A stretch of DNA of 64,000 nt from Candidatus Freyarchaeum deiterrae (GTDB lineage Archaea; Asgardarchaeota; Jordiarchaeia; Jordiarchaeales; Jordiarchaeaceae): positions 2,848,001 to 2,912,000 of the forward strand of contig CP147778.1 of NCBI GenBank assembly GCA_037305845.1, read 5' to 3'. Under the pieces are notes generated by a model that saw only the letters and a list, made by a program, of their open reading frames with translations, was not told the origin of the DNA and searched no databases. The translations under genes were made by a program, and so were the position numbers. How positions within the stretch are numbered: the first letter of the stretch is position 1; every line of letters starts with the position of its first letter. Shown in pieces: positions 19,747 through 30,204 of the stretch.

Positions 19747-20043
19747 ATGGAAGATTGGGACACGAGGAGGCAGAAAATAGTTAAACTATTGAGCACCAAC
19801 GAGCCAGTGAGTCTTGACGACTTGTGCCTGGAGCTTAAAGTCTTCGATAGAAAATTAATCCTTGAAGACCTACATCACATAGCTATCACTCTAAGGAAAA
19901 CTGATAGTAAACTGGTTATGGCACCTCCGACTTGTTTAAGGTGCGGATTTGTCTTCAAGGAGTTAAAGAAGCCAAAGATGCCCTCAAGATGCCCGAAGTG
20001 TAAGAGTGAAAGAATCACTCAGCCATTATTTCAAATCAGATAA
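19747..20043 (+). CDS. Archaeal HTH-Zn-ribbon transcriptional regulator (COG3357-like)
   Basis: TRRQKI...EDLHHIA...PPTCLRCGF...PSRCPKCKSERI. Confidence 0.88.
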   Translation: MEDWDTRRQKIVKLLSTNEPVSLDDLCLELKVFDRKLILEDLHHIAITLRKTDSKLVMAPPTCLRCGFVFKELKKPKMPSRCPKCKSERITQPLFQIR

Positions 20044-20158
20044 TGCTCCCAAATATGAGGATGTATTCTTAAATGTTTAACTTGCAAACAGAGTAAGTAT
20101 CGATTCAAGTTCAAAAAAATCTCTCTACTCGAAAATTGTGTTCTTCAATCTCTTGTAT

Positions 20159-22117
20159 TTATATTTCCATTTCTTCTTTGTATTCCTGGTCAATTCTTGA
20201 GATTTTTTGAAGCTTCTTTTTTAGTTCTCCCCTTCCCTGTTTCATTATTAGTTTTATTTCATGTATCTGAAGAATATCCGTCCTTGTTAATATACCAATA
20301 ATCTTTTTCGGTTTCTTGCGATCCACTACGATCAATCTATCTCTCCGGTTTTCAAGCATTTTATCTAACGCTTCGTGCAGAGTTTGTTCCGGGAATATTG
20401 CAACCACATTTATATTAGCAATTTCTTCCACCTTTCTTGTCTCATGTTTTTCCGCAATCTCTCTATATAATGTGTCAGCATCGATAACGCCTATTAAATT
20501 CCCCTTATTCAAAACTGGGAAACCGTGATGTTGATATTTGCTTATCATCTCTTGCACTTGGAAAACCTGCATGTCGGAAGACACCGTAACCGGTTTGGAC
20601 ATAACATCACCCACCCGAACTCGGTCAAGAATATCCGCGCGTCTCTCTTCCACTAGTTCAATGCCTTTTTTCAGAAGGGGTTCCGTATAAAGATCTCCTC
20701 TCATAATGAAACGGCTTATTAGGTAAGCTGTTATGCAAGCAATCATAAGCGGCAAAATCATAGTATAGTTTAGAGTAATCTCAGTAACCAAAACTATACC
20801 AGTTAAGGGAGCCCTGGCCGCTGAGGCTATAAGCGCAGCCATACCCACCAACGCGTAAGTCATGGGCTGAAAAACATAAGCGGGTCCAATGTACTGGGCA
20901 ATCGGACCTATTAAACTTCCAATATACGTCAAAAAGGGGGTTAAGGGTCCAAAAGTGTTGCCGAAAAGCAGCCATTGAAGACCAACTCCATAGGCTCCCC
21001 CAAACATTGCTCCAATAAATAACATGGGGGCGAATGCTCCTCCGCTTCCCCCGCTTCCTAATGTTATAGAGGTACCTATAATTTTTAACACACCAAGTAT
21101 AAGGAACAGGACTATGGTTACGGGAATAAAAAGAAGGTTATTAATTACCTGGTAGCCTCCTCCCATTATCTGGGGAAAGAAAAATATAATGAATCCCACC
21201 ATCAGTCCTCCAATTCCCGGTTTCAAATACTTTGACACCTTTAAGCTTCCGAATAACTTGTGCACGTAGTGGAATACCTTTACCCAAGCGACGCTCAGTA
21301 AACCGAAGGCTACCCCCAGAGCAAAGAACAGCAAATACTCGTACGGATTCACAACCGCAAAGCTCCTGAGTTTGAGCACGGGTTCCGCCCCGAGAAGCCC
21401 TTGGGCAATAGTGGTTGAGACAAAGGAGGACAGTACCACTGGGATCAACGCTATTGCTTCCATTCCTCCGTAAACTATCTCTAAACCGAAGAAAACTCCT
21501 CCCAAGGGTGCCTTGAAAACGGCACTTATGCCAGCCGCCGCTCCACAAACCACCAAGAGTTTAACTGAGTAATCATCCATTTTAAAAAGTCTCCCAACCG
21601 CCGAACCGGTTCCTCCACTTATCTGAACCATTGGTCCCTCGTATCCCGCACTTCCCCCAGAGCCAATTGTAATCGCAGACGCCAACATCTTTACCAAGGG
21701 TACTCTGGCACGTATCCTTCCCTTATTTCTAACTATGGCCTCAATAACCTCAGAAACTCCATGGCCCTCACTCTCAGGAGCAAGTTTGTAAATAATAACA
21801 GCAACCATAAGACCTCCCAAAGCGGGCATAACGATTATAATTGGTGCCCAAGAAATTGTCGGGTAACTCGACAGAATATCAGTGAAAAAATTTATCAAAA
21901 ACAGGAAAGCAGCAGCAGCCACACCACCCAGCGCACCAACAATAATCGAAGCGAGTATAAGCTTAAGATGCCTTCGGGATAGAAACGTGGAGCGGAATCC
22001 CTCAAAGCCATTTCTTGAATTAGAAGTAACTGACTCTCTGGCTCCACCACTCCACCAACTCCTACGCTTCCGCTTCCCAGGATTTCCCGTCTTCCCTTTT
22101 CTAGGCGTCTTTTTCAC
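20159..22117 (-). CDS. ClC chloride channel/antiporter with C-terminal CBS pair
   Basis: GHGVSE, GGSAGYEGP, GGSGGAFAP signatures; CBS domains; start uncertain. Confidence 0.92.
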   Translation of the reverse strand: MKKTPRKGKTGNPGKRKRRSWWSGGARESVTSNSRNGFEGFRSTFLSRRHLKLILASIIVGALGGVAAAAFLFLINFFTDILSSYPTISWAPIIIVMPALGGLMVAVIIYKLAPESEGHGVSEVIEAIVRNKGRIRARVPLVKMLASAITIGSGGSAGYEGPMVQISGGTGSAVGRLFKMDDYSVKLLVVCGAAAGISAVFKAPLGGVFFGLEIVYGGMEAIALIPVVLSSFVSTTIAQGLLGAEPVLKLRSFAVVNPYEYLLFFALGVAFGLLSVAWVKVFHYVHKLFGSLKVSKYLKPGIGGLMVGFIIFFFPQIMGGGYQVINNLLFIPVTIVLFLILGVLKIIGTSITLGSGGSGGAFAPMLFIGAMFGGAYGVGLQWLLFGNTFGPLTPFLTYIGSLIGPIAQYIGPAYVFQPMTYALVGMAALIASAARAPLTGIVLVTEITLNYTMILPLMIACITAYLISRFIMRGDLYTEPLLKKGIELVEERRADILDRVRVGDVMSKPVTVSSDMQVFQVQEMISKYQHHGFPVLNKGNLIGVIDADTLYREIAEKHETRKVEEIANINVVAIFPEQTLHEALDKMLENRRDRLIVVDRKKPKKIIGILTRTDILQIHEIKLIMKQGRGELKKKLQKISRIDQEYKEEMEI

Positions 22118-22613
22118 CTTACTTAATTCTGCTTTTTGAACGATACCTTTTAAATTAAAATGTTTCGCTTAGATTTCACTTTCACAATTTGCTTTCTATC
22201 CTATCTAATCGAGACTTTGCATACTTAAATCTAACACTTTTTATAATCTTACTAGAATTTTTCTTTTGGAAAGCGTTAAATTCGATTTTTCAGCTCCGCG
22301 TTGTTCGGTGACCTGTTTTGATAGCAAAGCCATTCTTCGAAGCAAACTCAGTTGTGCTAGTCCGAGTCTCTCCCAACGAGGACAAACTAGGATTTAACAT
22401 ACACAATTATTACCACAATTCCAATTACCCTTAAGAGAGTTAACTATGTGAATCCCATGGCATACTTCTTTACCGATTCATTTGGCTTTTTACAAATATT
22501 TATATTGTAACATGTCCCTTGCTTATCCTTTTGGAAGCTTTTATTAGAAAGTTAAGCGAATATATACTTACAAAAAAATTATGCCATAAGAGTGAGTTTC
22601 GGAGAAATCGGTC

Positions 22614-23408
22614 ATGGTCAAAAAATTTACAGCTTTTAAAGTTCTCATCGGTCTAATAATTTTGGGCATAATAGCCATACCAGTAACCGCTGCACTCTCT
22701 CTTGCCCAGTTCAAGTACTACCAAAACCCCATAGACTCTCTAACTCCCGGCGTAATAGATAACAGCACTGGAATAATAACAAAGAGTTTCACAATTTATG
22801 CGTACAACCCAGGATATTTTGACATAAACAGCTTAATAATAGGTACCACAGTTCTCAACAATTCACTCTACGCGTATAATGAACCATACTTCATGATATG
22901 GGGCGTCCCCAAAGGGGGTATGATACCCATAAACGTTGCCATGCGTGTAAACACCACCACTTTAAACGCAACAGGAACTATAGGCAACTTTTTGAACACT
23001 ACATCCTTCCTAGGACAAATCATTTTAGATGCCAGATACGCGTACTCGCTGACAGGTATTTCAACCATGCAAATAACCCAACTGGGACCCATGTCACCTA
23101 TGTACAACCTTTCAGTTCCCGTGGGAGTCATAGAGGCTAACACTTCAAGGGCTAATGTAACTTTCGTTTTCGGTAATTTTCTCCAAGGATATCCCTTGCA
23201 TATAGATGCAAGTCTCAGTAATGGAACTACACAAGCTACGGGTAGTGGAGATTTCACTGTACTATCAGCTGGGATATTGTCACCCTCCGTATTCAATGAT
23301 TTCATAGAGTTAGAATCCGCTGGCACCTTAGTTTCAGGAAGTTATAGTGTTACTCTAACTGTGACGTCTCCGTTTAAATACACCCAGGTTCTAAGCGTGA
23401 CTCTTTAG
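22614..23408 (+). CDS. Membrane-anchored or secreted hypothetical protein
   Basis: N-terminal hydrophobic helix, then a beta-rich Asn/Thr-rich region with NxS/T sequons. Confidence 0.7.
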   Translation: MVKKFTAFKVLIGLIILGIIAIPVTAALSLAQFKYYQNPIDSLTPGVIDNSTGIITKSFTIYAYNPGYFDINSLIIGTTVLNNSLYAYNEPYFMIWGVPKGGMIPINVAMRVNTTTLNATGTIGNFLNTTSFLGQIILDARYAYSLTGISTMQITQLGPMSPMYNLSVPVGVIEANTSRANVTFVFGNFLQGYPLHIDASLSNGTTQATGSGDFTVLSAGILSPSVFNDFIELESAGTLVSGSYSVTLTVTSPFKYTQVLSVTL

Positions 23409-23437
23409 TTTTGTTTATGTGAATGGAGGTTTGATTA

Positions 23438-24025
23438 TTGGAACCACGCACAAAGGCTATTCTTAGAGGTTTGATACTTGGAATTATTGTATTCATGATA
23501 CTGATGATAGTTCCTCTTCTAATCTATAACTTCGCCACGGGGTTAATCAGGGACGTATTTATTCTCTACACTTTCGGACCACCGCAATACCAGAATTGGA
23601 TATCCTCCCTATCCGCACCCGCACTACCACTTGTATACATTAATTTTGGCACAATTTATCTCCTAGGATTACCTATTTCATTAGCTGTTTTCTTTTGGGG
23701 CCTTTTCAAAAGTGAAACTGTGGGACGTGCCCTGAGCGGTCTAACATTAGTGCTACTTGGGGCGCTATGGTTTCTAGTGGGTTTCGGATCCCTCGGCGTC
23801 ACAACTACTCTATTGTTTAGTCAAATCCCTCTAATCGCGATTGATCCGACTGCTATTCCCCCTATTGTAATCACTTATCTTAGTTACACGGCTCCATTGA
23901 TTGTCAATATTCAGGGTGTCATTAATCTCGTAATAGTAATTATACTCCTTAACGGCTTGGTCTACGTGGTAGAATTCGGGATAGGTGCAAAAAACAAGGA
24001 CTACTGGAGATACTGGGGCAAGTAG
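23438..24025 (+). CDS. Multi-pass membrane hypothetical protein
   Basis: About 4 hydrophobic helices; GGAGG RBS; co-directional with the upstream gene. Confidence 0.7.
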   Translation: MEPRTKAILRGLILGIIVFMILMIVPLLIYNFATGLIRDVFILYTFGPPQYQNWISSLSAPALPLVYINFGTIYLLGLPISLAVFFWGLFKSETVGRALSGLTLVLLGALWFLVGFGSLGVTTTLLFSQIPLIAIDPTAIPPIVITYLSYTAPLIVNIQGVINLVIVIILLNGLVYVVEFGIGAKNKDYWRYWGK

Positions 24026-24251
24026 GAATCATAAACAAAAATCGACAAAATGTAACCCAAAATATCCTCTAAAGTTTGCAGTTAATAATTCCTCAAACTC
24101 TTCTACTTTTTTATTTTTTCCTGTTCTGAAATAAATACTGTCACTTTTTGGGTATGGTTCGCTATGGTTCTAACTTGGAGTTTTTTAAAAAATCGAATAT
24201 TTTTAAAAAGAGAAAAAAGAGAATTTTATTAATTTGTTTTCTGGGCATGTC

Positions 24252-24713
24252 CTATTTGACTAGTCCCACTTTAACTAGACATATGTTATCCTTGTTTTCT
24301 ATTTGGACATTTGAAATGTCCACACCTAGTCCACCGAGTCGACCCGACAGGATAAGGTTTACCACGCACAGGGGGCAAGCAGCGTAGCCTTGGGCTTTTC
24401 CGAAGTTAGCCAAGTCTTGGTACATGCAGTTGACAAATTTCATATTTATGGTATTATCCGCGGCGCTTATTTCCGATTTCTCCGGGTCTGCGAATCTGCC
24501 TTTTACCAAGGCTTCTTTAACATGTTTTATGAAACTGTTCATGTCTTTTGAGGGTTCTTCGTTGTAAATCTTTTTTGCGAGGTCAGCTATTATGGGCGAT
24601 AATACTCTGTTTGTTTGTCGCGCAACAAGCTCAGGTTTTATTCCCATCTTATCCAGAGAAGTCAATAAAGTGCCGAAAGCTATAGCGTTATATAAAGAAT
24701 TAACTTTTACCAT
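24252..24713 (-). CDS. V4R-like small Cys-containing protein
   Basis: NSLYNAIAFGT...DKMG...NCMY...GYAACPLC...ICLVKV. Confidence 0.7.
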   Translation of the reverse strand: MVKVNSLYNAIAFGTLLTSLDKMGIKPELVARQTNRVLSPIIADLAKKIYNEEPSKDMNSFIKHVKEALVKGRFADPEKSEISAADNTINMKFVNCMYQDLANFGKAQGYAACPLCVVNLILSGRLGGLGVDISNVQIENKDNICLVKVGLVK

Positions 24714-24765
24714 ACGCTTTACACGCTCACTTTTTTGCTATTTATTTTTGGACTCATATTAATTT

Positions 24766-25227
24766 TTAATCAACTGATACTTTAAGCTTACAAACGTTTT
24801 CTTTGTTTTCTACTTTGCTATCTGCAACTTCACCGATACCTTGGGCACCAATAAAGCTTATAACCATAAGATTTACAATGCATATGGGGCATGCGGGGTA
24901 TCCCTGAGATTTTCCGAAGTTGGCCATATCATTGAACATGCAATTGGTTAGTTTCATGTAGAGAGTATTATTGGAGACACTAGCTTCGGTTCCTTTTGGA
25001 TCTGCGAATTGGGCTGTTTCCATAATTTTATCCCAGCTCGATATAAACTCTTTCAAGTTTTTTGCATCCGTTTGGGTACTAATCTGTTTTCCTAATTCTT
25101 TCATCATAGGGGCCAATACTCTACTTGCTTGACGTGCAACCAACGATGGGTTTACTCCCATCTTATCCAGAGCAGTTAATACCGTGCCAAAAGCTATAGC
25201 ATTATACAAAGAATTTAATTCTGTCAT
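24766..25227 (-). CDS. V4R-like small Cys-containing protein, tandem paralog
   Basis: Same motifs and same 153-aa length as 24252..24713. Confidence 0.7.
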   Translation of the reverse strand: MTELNSLYNAIAFGTVLTALDKMGVNPSLVARQASRVLAPMMKELGKQISTQTDAKNLKEFISSWDKIMETAQFADPKGTEASVSNNTLYMKLTNCMFNDMANFGKSQGYPACPICIVNLMVISFIGAQGIGEVADSKVENKENVCKLKVSVD

Positions 25228-25574
25228 ATGCTTTTCACTCTCACTTTTTAAAAGGTCCTACTTTCTCTTTCACCCAAAAAGGTTTGAGACGATGGATGTA
25301 AGTGGTTTCGACTATGTTTTAATATTTGACGCTTTCTAAAATCGAATACCCACTTGCTATAAGTTAGTTATATTAATTATAGACTATTATATTTTTCCAT
25401 CATATAAAATGTGTGCATACATTACAATCTCATCTGTTGTAAAATTAAATTTTCCAATCTAGGCATAATTCCTAAAAAGGGAAAGAAATAATCTTAGAGC
25501 AAAAATTATTACGGAAAATATTTTTAAAGACATATAACTAGAATCAAACGATGATTAACGAGAAGTGAAATAGT

Positions 25575-26738
25575 ATGAAAAAAGTAGCAGTAGTAGGAAT
25601 AGGATCCACAAAATATGGAAAATCGGACAAAACATGCGTAGAAATGTTCGCAGAAGCAGGAATAGACGCCATGCACGACGCCAACGTCGCAGCGAAAGAC
25701 GTCGAAGCCTTATACCTAGGAAATGTACTTGGCGACTACGAAGAAGACTCCAGCAACATAGCACCGTTCTGCGCGGCGGAAATAGGACTAAAAAACGTAC
25801 CAGCAACCAAATTCGAAACCGCCTGCTCAAGTGCCACAGCAGCGTTCAGAGACGCCTACACCGCGGTAGCCTCCGGTCTCACCAACATAGTGATGGCAGG
25901 AGGTACGGAGAGAGCACTGGCAATGGGAACCCCTCTCGCCACAAAAACTTTCGCCATGGCGACAGAAACCAGATATGAACAAAAATCCGGACTCACGTTC
26001 CCAGGAGTATTCGCAATGATGGCGCACGCTTACGCCAAAAAATACAACCTAACCGTAGACAAACTAAAAGAAATAATGGCAATGGTAGCAGTCAAAAACC
26101 ACCACAACGGATCCATGAATCCCAAAGCCCACCTTCAAAAAGAAATAACTCTTGATAAAGCAATAGCTGCCCCAATGGTAGCCGAGCCGCTGAATCTGTA
26201 CTCATGTTGCCCCTTCAGTGATGGTGCTTCAGCCTGCATTTTGGCTTCGGAGGACGTAGCCAAGAAGCTTACTGACACCCCAATCTGGGTAGCTGGTACC
26301 GGCATGGGTTCCTGTGGGCCTTCATACATGCAGAAGGATGTCACTCGAGTAATTGCCCGTGAGGCGGCTTCAAGGATGGCTTATAAACAGGCTAAGCTTG
26401 AGCCTAAGGACATCGACGTTTGTGAACTTCATGATTGTTTCACTATTGCTGAGATTGCTGCTACGGAAGGACTGGGATTCTTTAAGTTCGGTGAGGGCTG
26501 GAAGGGCGTTGAAGAAGGGGAAACTAGCCTTGACGGCAGAATACCCATCAATACATCCGGCGGATTAAAGTCTAAAGGACATCCAATAGGAGCCACTGGT
26601 GTGGGTCAGGTTTACGAGATAGTGAATCAGCTCCGTGGAGCGAATGGCCCAAGGCAGGTAGACGGTGCGGAGATTGGCTACATCGACACTCTGGGCGGCG
26701 ACCTAGCGGTGGTCGTAAACGTTATCCTGAGAAGGTGA
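25575..26738 (+). CDS. Thiolase (archaeal acetyl-CoA C-acetyltransferase / SCP-x type)
   Basis: ETACSS catalytic Cys, ELHDCF, KGHPIGATG. Confidence 0.92.
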   Translation: MKKVAVVGIGSTKYGKSDKTCVEMFAEAGIDAMHDANVAAKDVEALYLGNVLGDYEEDSSNIAPFCAAEIGLKNVPATKFETACSSATAAFRDAYTAVASGLTNIVMAGGTERALAMGTPLATKTFAMATETRYEQKSGLTFPGVFAMMAHAYAKKYNLTVDKLKEIMAMVAVKNHHNGSMNPKAHLQKEITLDKAIAAPMVAEPLNLYSCCPFSDGASACILASEDVAKKLTDTPIWVAGTGMGSCGPSYMQKDVTRVIAREAASRMAYKQAKLEPKDIDVCELHDCFTIAEIAATEGLGFFKFGEGWKGVEEGETSLDGRIPINTSGGLKSKGHPIGATGVGQVYEIVNQLRGANGPRQVDGAEIGYIDTLGGDLAVVVNVILRR

Positions 26739-27130
26739 TTATGATGAAGATGTCAGTTTATCCTTTAACTTACGAAAAATGGGCTGAGGCCTTTAAACAA
26801 GGTAAACTTTTGGGTTTGAAGTGTAAAAGCTGTGGTGCGGTGTTCAGTCCACCGAGCATGGTCTGTCGAGAGTGTGGCAGTGAAGAAGTTGAGGTAACCG
26901 AGGTTAAAGATAAAGGCGTAATCGATACCTACACAGTCATTCACGTAGCACCACTGGGTTACGAGAAGGACGCCCCATACATTGTTGCCCGTGCCAAGAT
27001 GGACGAGGGCTTCATTATGGTCGGAAGAATAATAGACACGGCGCCGGAAGAAGTCTCGATAGGCACAAAGATTAGAGTTGGCTTCGCTGAGAGACCGAAT
27101 GGATTAATGATAACGTTCAAACCCGAGTAA
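26735..27130 (+). CDS. DUF35 Zn-ribbon/OB-fold thiolase partner
   Basis: LLGLKCKSCG...PP..VCRECGS, GVIDTYTVIH, APYIVA; overlaps the thiolase stop. Confidence 0.9.
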   Translation: MIMMKMSVYPLTYEKWAEAFKQGKLLGLKCKSCGAVFSPPSMVCRECGSEEVEVTEVKDKGVIDTYTVIHVAPLGYEKDAPYIVARAKMDEGFIMVGRIIDTAPEEVSIGTKIRVGFAERPNGLMITFKPE

Positions 27131-27482
27131 TTTTCTCCAAAATCCACCTTTTTTTTATTTTTAATTATTTATGCACATCTTACGAATTCAAGTTAGAGAA
27201 GCTGAATTTTACCTTTAGACTAAATAACCGCTTTAAGTCAACTCGACCCAAAATTAATAATCATTAGGGCATAAAATGCTCCAATAAATATACACTAAAT
27301 TTATTTCTGTCAAAACTTTTAAAAATTAAAATTGCACTTATTTTGGAGAGAATGTAGGAAAAATAACAAATTTATATATCCCGATAATCATGCGGCAAAA
27401 TTAATTGATTATCACTCTAAAAAGGGGCAGAAACGGATTTACTCACTGTGGCTAAATTAGCATTATAAAAGGGGAGTTAAGC

Positions 27483-30116
27483 ATGGAGCAGTATTCACAG
27501 ACGTTTTGGAGCGTTCCCGCCGCTGATTTGCTTCAGCCGCTTCAAACAACGCCTCAGGGCTTGAAGAGCGAGGAAGCTGAGCAGAGGCTCAAAATCTATG
27601 GACCAAATCGCCTCAAACCCAAAAAGAAAACGACCTCCCTATCGCTCTTCCTTGCACAGTTCAAGAGTCCCCTCATCCTTATCCTTCTTTTTGCAGCGGG
27701 ATTGTCATTCTTCCTGACTGACCCACTGGACGCCACTATCATCTTGATAATTATTTTTGTAAGCAGCCTCCTCGGATTCTGGCAGGAGCGTGGTGCAACA
27801 AATGCAATTGCGAAACTACTCGCTATTGTAATGTTAAAAGCGACGCTGCTGCGTGATGGAAGCGAAAAAGAAATCCCCTTCGAAGACATCGTTCCCGGAG
27901 ATGTTGTAATCCTCAATGCTGGTGACGGTGTTCCCGGAGACTGTCTGATTCTTGAATCCAAAGACCTCTTCGTCAACGAAGCAACCTTAACTGGTGAAAC
28001 CTATCCCGTAGAAAAATCGGTTGGAGTGCTGCCGCTTGATCAACCCCTCAGTCAGCGGACGAACACACTTTTTATGGGAACCAATGTAGTCAGTGGAACA
28101 GCAAAGGCGGTGGTTGTAAACACCGCAACAAAAACTGAATTCGGTAAGGTTTCCGACCGGCTGAGATTCAGACCCCCCGAAACGGAATTTGAACACGGCG
28201 TTAGGCGATTTGGATATTTCCTAATCCAAGTTACGCTGTTGCTAGTGATTGCTATATTCGTTGTAAATATTTTTACGTTCTTTATCAATAATCAGAATCA
28301 ATTAGCTGCCAATGTTTTTGCGTTACTGACGAATTTGCAGTCTCCGTTGTCGATAGTCTTTCAATTTTACAGTTCCACTCTTTCTACAAGAAGCCAGATT
28401 TTGAACTTCTTTCTCTTTGCCTTAACACTAGCTGTTGGATTAACTCCCCAACTTTTGCCAGCGATTATCAGCGTCAATCTTTCCCACGGCGCCAGACGCA
28501 TGGCAAAAAGCAAGGTGATTGTAAAACGGCTTTCCTCTATTGAAAACTTCGGTAGCATGAATGTGCTTTGTTCCGATAAAACTGGCACCCTGACCAAAGG
28601 TACGGTGCAATTACATTCCACACTTGATGTAGAAGGAAACGAAAGTGAAAAAGTTCTTCTCTATGCTTATATCAATTCTTTTTACGAGACGGGGTTCGCT
28701 AACCCTATTGATCAAGCGATCTGCGCCCACCACCATATTGATATGTCAGGCTACCAGAAACTGGACGAAGTGCCCTACGATTTTATTCGTAAGCGATTAA
28801 GCATCTTAGTATCGAAAAGTAACACTCATCTAATGGTGACGAAGGGTGCCTTAGAGAATGTGGTAGAGGTCTGTTCGTCTGCGGAAACTTCCAATGGAAA
28901 AATCGTGGATATAAAAAAGATGAAGGAGCAGATCCAAGAAAGCTTTAAGGAACTCAGCGAACAGGGCTTTCGCACGTTAGGCGTCGCTTACCGAGATGTA
29001 GGCTCTAGCTCGCTTATCACTAAAGACCATGAAGCCGATATGACGTTTTTAGGACTCCTAGTTTTTGAAGATCCACTCAAGCCTGGAATTACCAAGACTC
29101 TCAAAAAACTGGAGGCCCTCGGTATTTCAATGAAAATCATAACTGGAGACAATCGCTTGGTTGCTACAAATTTAAGCGAAAAGATAGGATTACCCTGTAC
29201 GCGAATAATAACAGGACCAGAACTTAGGCAAATGAGCGATGAAGCTCTTCTAGGACAGGTTAATGATGTGGTTGTTTTCGCAGAGGTTGAGCCAAACCAA
29301 AAAGAACGCATAATCATCGCTCTAAGAAAGGCCGGAAATGTAGTAGGCTATATAGGAGATGGAATCAATGATGCCTCGGCGCTCCACGCTTCCGATGTTA
29401 GCATTTCCGTTGAGAGCGCTGTAGATGTTGCCAAAGAGGCTGCTGACATTGTGCTGCTCGAAAAAGATCTAAATGTCCTCGTGCAGGGTGTGAGAGAAGG
29501 AAGATCGACCTTCGCCAACACGATAAAGTATGTATTCATGGCGGCGGGTAGCAATTTCGGGAACATGTTCAGCATGGCAGGGGCATCCCTGTTTCTGACC
29601 TTCCTCCCTCTGCTACCCGAGCAGATTCTTCTCCTCAATTTAGCAACTGATCTTCCAGAGATGAACATTGCCACGGATAATGTTGACCCTGAGACCGTTA
29701 ACAAACCTAGACGCTGGGATATCAGTTTCATCCGAAAGTTTATGATAGTGTTCGGACCTCTCAGTTCCGTTTTCGACTATCTCACATTCGGTGTTCTTCT
29801 ATTAATCCTTGGTGCTTCACCGAGTGAGTTCAGAACCGGTTGGTTTTTGGAATCTATTATTTCAGCTACATTGATAGTGCTTGTCGTCCGAACCCGAAGG
29901 CCTTTCTATAAGAGTAGGCCTGGGAAGGGTCTATTAATAACAACTATAGCAGTTATCATCGTGTCACTGATTATACCCTACACCCCAATAGGAACTATCT
30001 TCGGTTTTGAGCCGCTGCCAATGGAGTTCCTTATATTAATGGGAATAATTATAGTAATCTACATTGCTTCGGCGGAAATCGTGAAGAGGGCCTTTTACAA
30101 AAGGATAAAATATTAA
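27483..30116 (+). CDS. mgtA: Magnesium-translocating P-type ATPase
   Basis: TGET, AVGLTPQLLP, CSDKTGTLT, PYDFIRKR, GDGIND, SNFGNMFS, FRTGWFLES. Confidence 0.92.
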   Translation: MEQYSQTFWSVPAADLLQPLQTTPQGLKSEEAEQRLKIYGPNRLKPKKKTTSLSLFLAQFKSPLILILLFAAGLSFFLTDPLDATIILIIIFVSSLLGFWQERGATNAIAKLLAIVMLKATLLRDGSEKEIPFEDIVPGDVVILNAGDGVPGDCLILESKDLFVNEATLTGETYPVEKSVGVLPLDQPLSQRTNTLFMGTNVVSGTAKAVVVNTATKTEFGKVSDRLRFRPPETEFEHGVRRFGYFLIQVTLLLVIAIFVVNIFTFFINNQNQLAANVFALLTNLQSPLSIVFQFYSSTLSTRSQILNFFLFALTLAVGLTPQLLPAIISVNLSHGARRMAKSKVIVKRLSSIENFGSMNVLCSDKTGTLTKGTVQLHSTLDVEGNESEKVLLYAYINSFYETGFANPIDQAICAHHHIDMSGYQKLDEVPYDFIRKRLSILVSKSNTHLMVTKGALENVVEVCSSAETSNGKIVDIKKMKEQIQESFKELSEQGFRTLGVAYRDVGSSSLITKDHEADMTFLGLLVFEDPLKPGITKTLKKLEALGISMKIITGDNRLVATNLSEKIGLPCTRIITGPELRQMSDEALLGQVNDVVVFAEVEPNQKERIIIALRKAGNVVGYIGDGINDASALHASDVSISVESAVDVAKEAADIVLLEKDLNVLVQGVREGRSTFANTIKYVFMAAGSNFGNMFSMAGASLFLTFLPLLPEQILLLNLATDLPEMNIATDNVDPETVNKPRRWDISFIRKFMIVFGPLSSVFDYLTFGVLLLILGASPSEFRTGWFLESIISATLIVLVVRTRRPFYKSRPGKGLLITTIAVIIVSLIIPYTPIGTIFGFEPLPMEFLILMGIIIVIYIASAEIVKRAFYKRIKY

Positions 30117-30204
30117 AGAAAGCGAACATGGAAGAAACAAAACGCAGTCTCCCTCTGTTGCCTGATAGCAATGTTTAAAGGCTCGAAAATCTCTTGAAAT
30201 TTTC

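Noticed and set aside
22280-22400. Riboswitch (e.g. fluoride) upstream of the ClC gene
   Set aside because: There is a CTAGT...ACTAG hairpin but no match to the crcB or other riboswitch consensus that I can recognise.
25555-25978. Arg-rich alternative-frame and antisense ORFs over the thiolase 5' half
   Set aside because: By-products of the A/C third-position bias, which removes stop codons from other frames.
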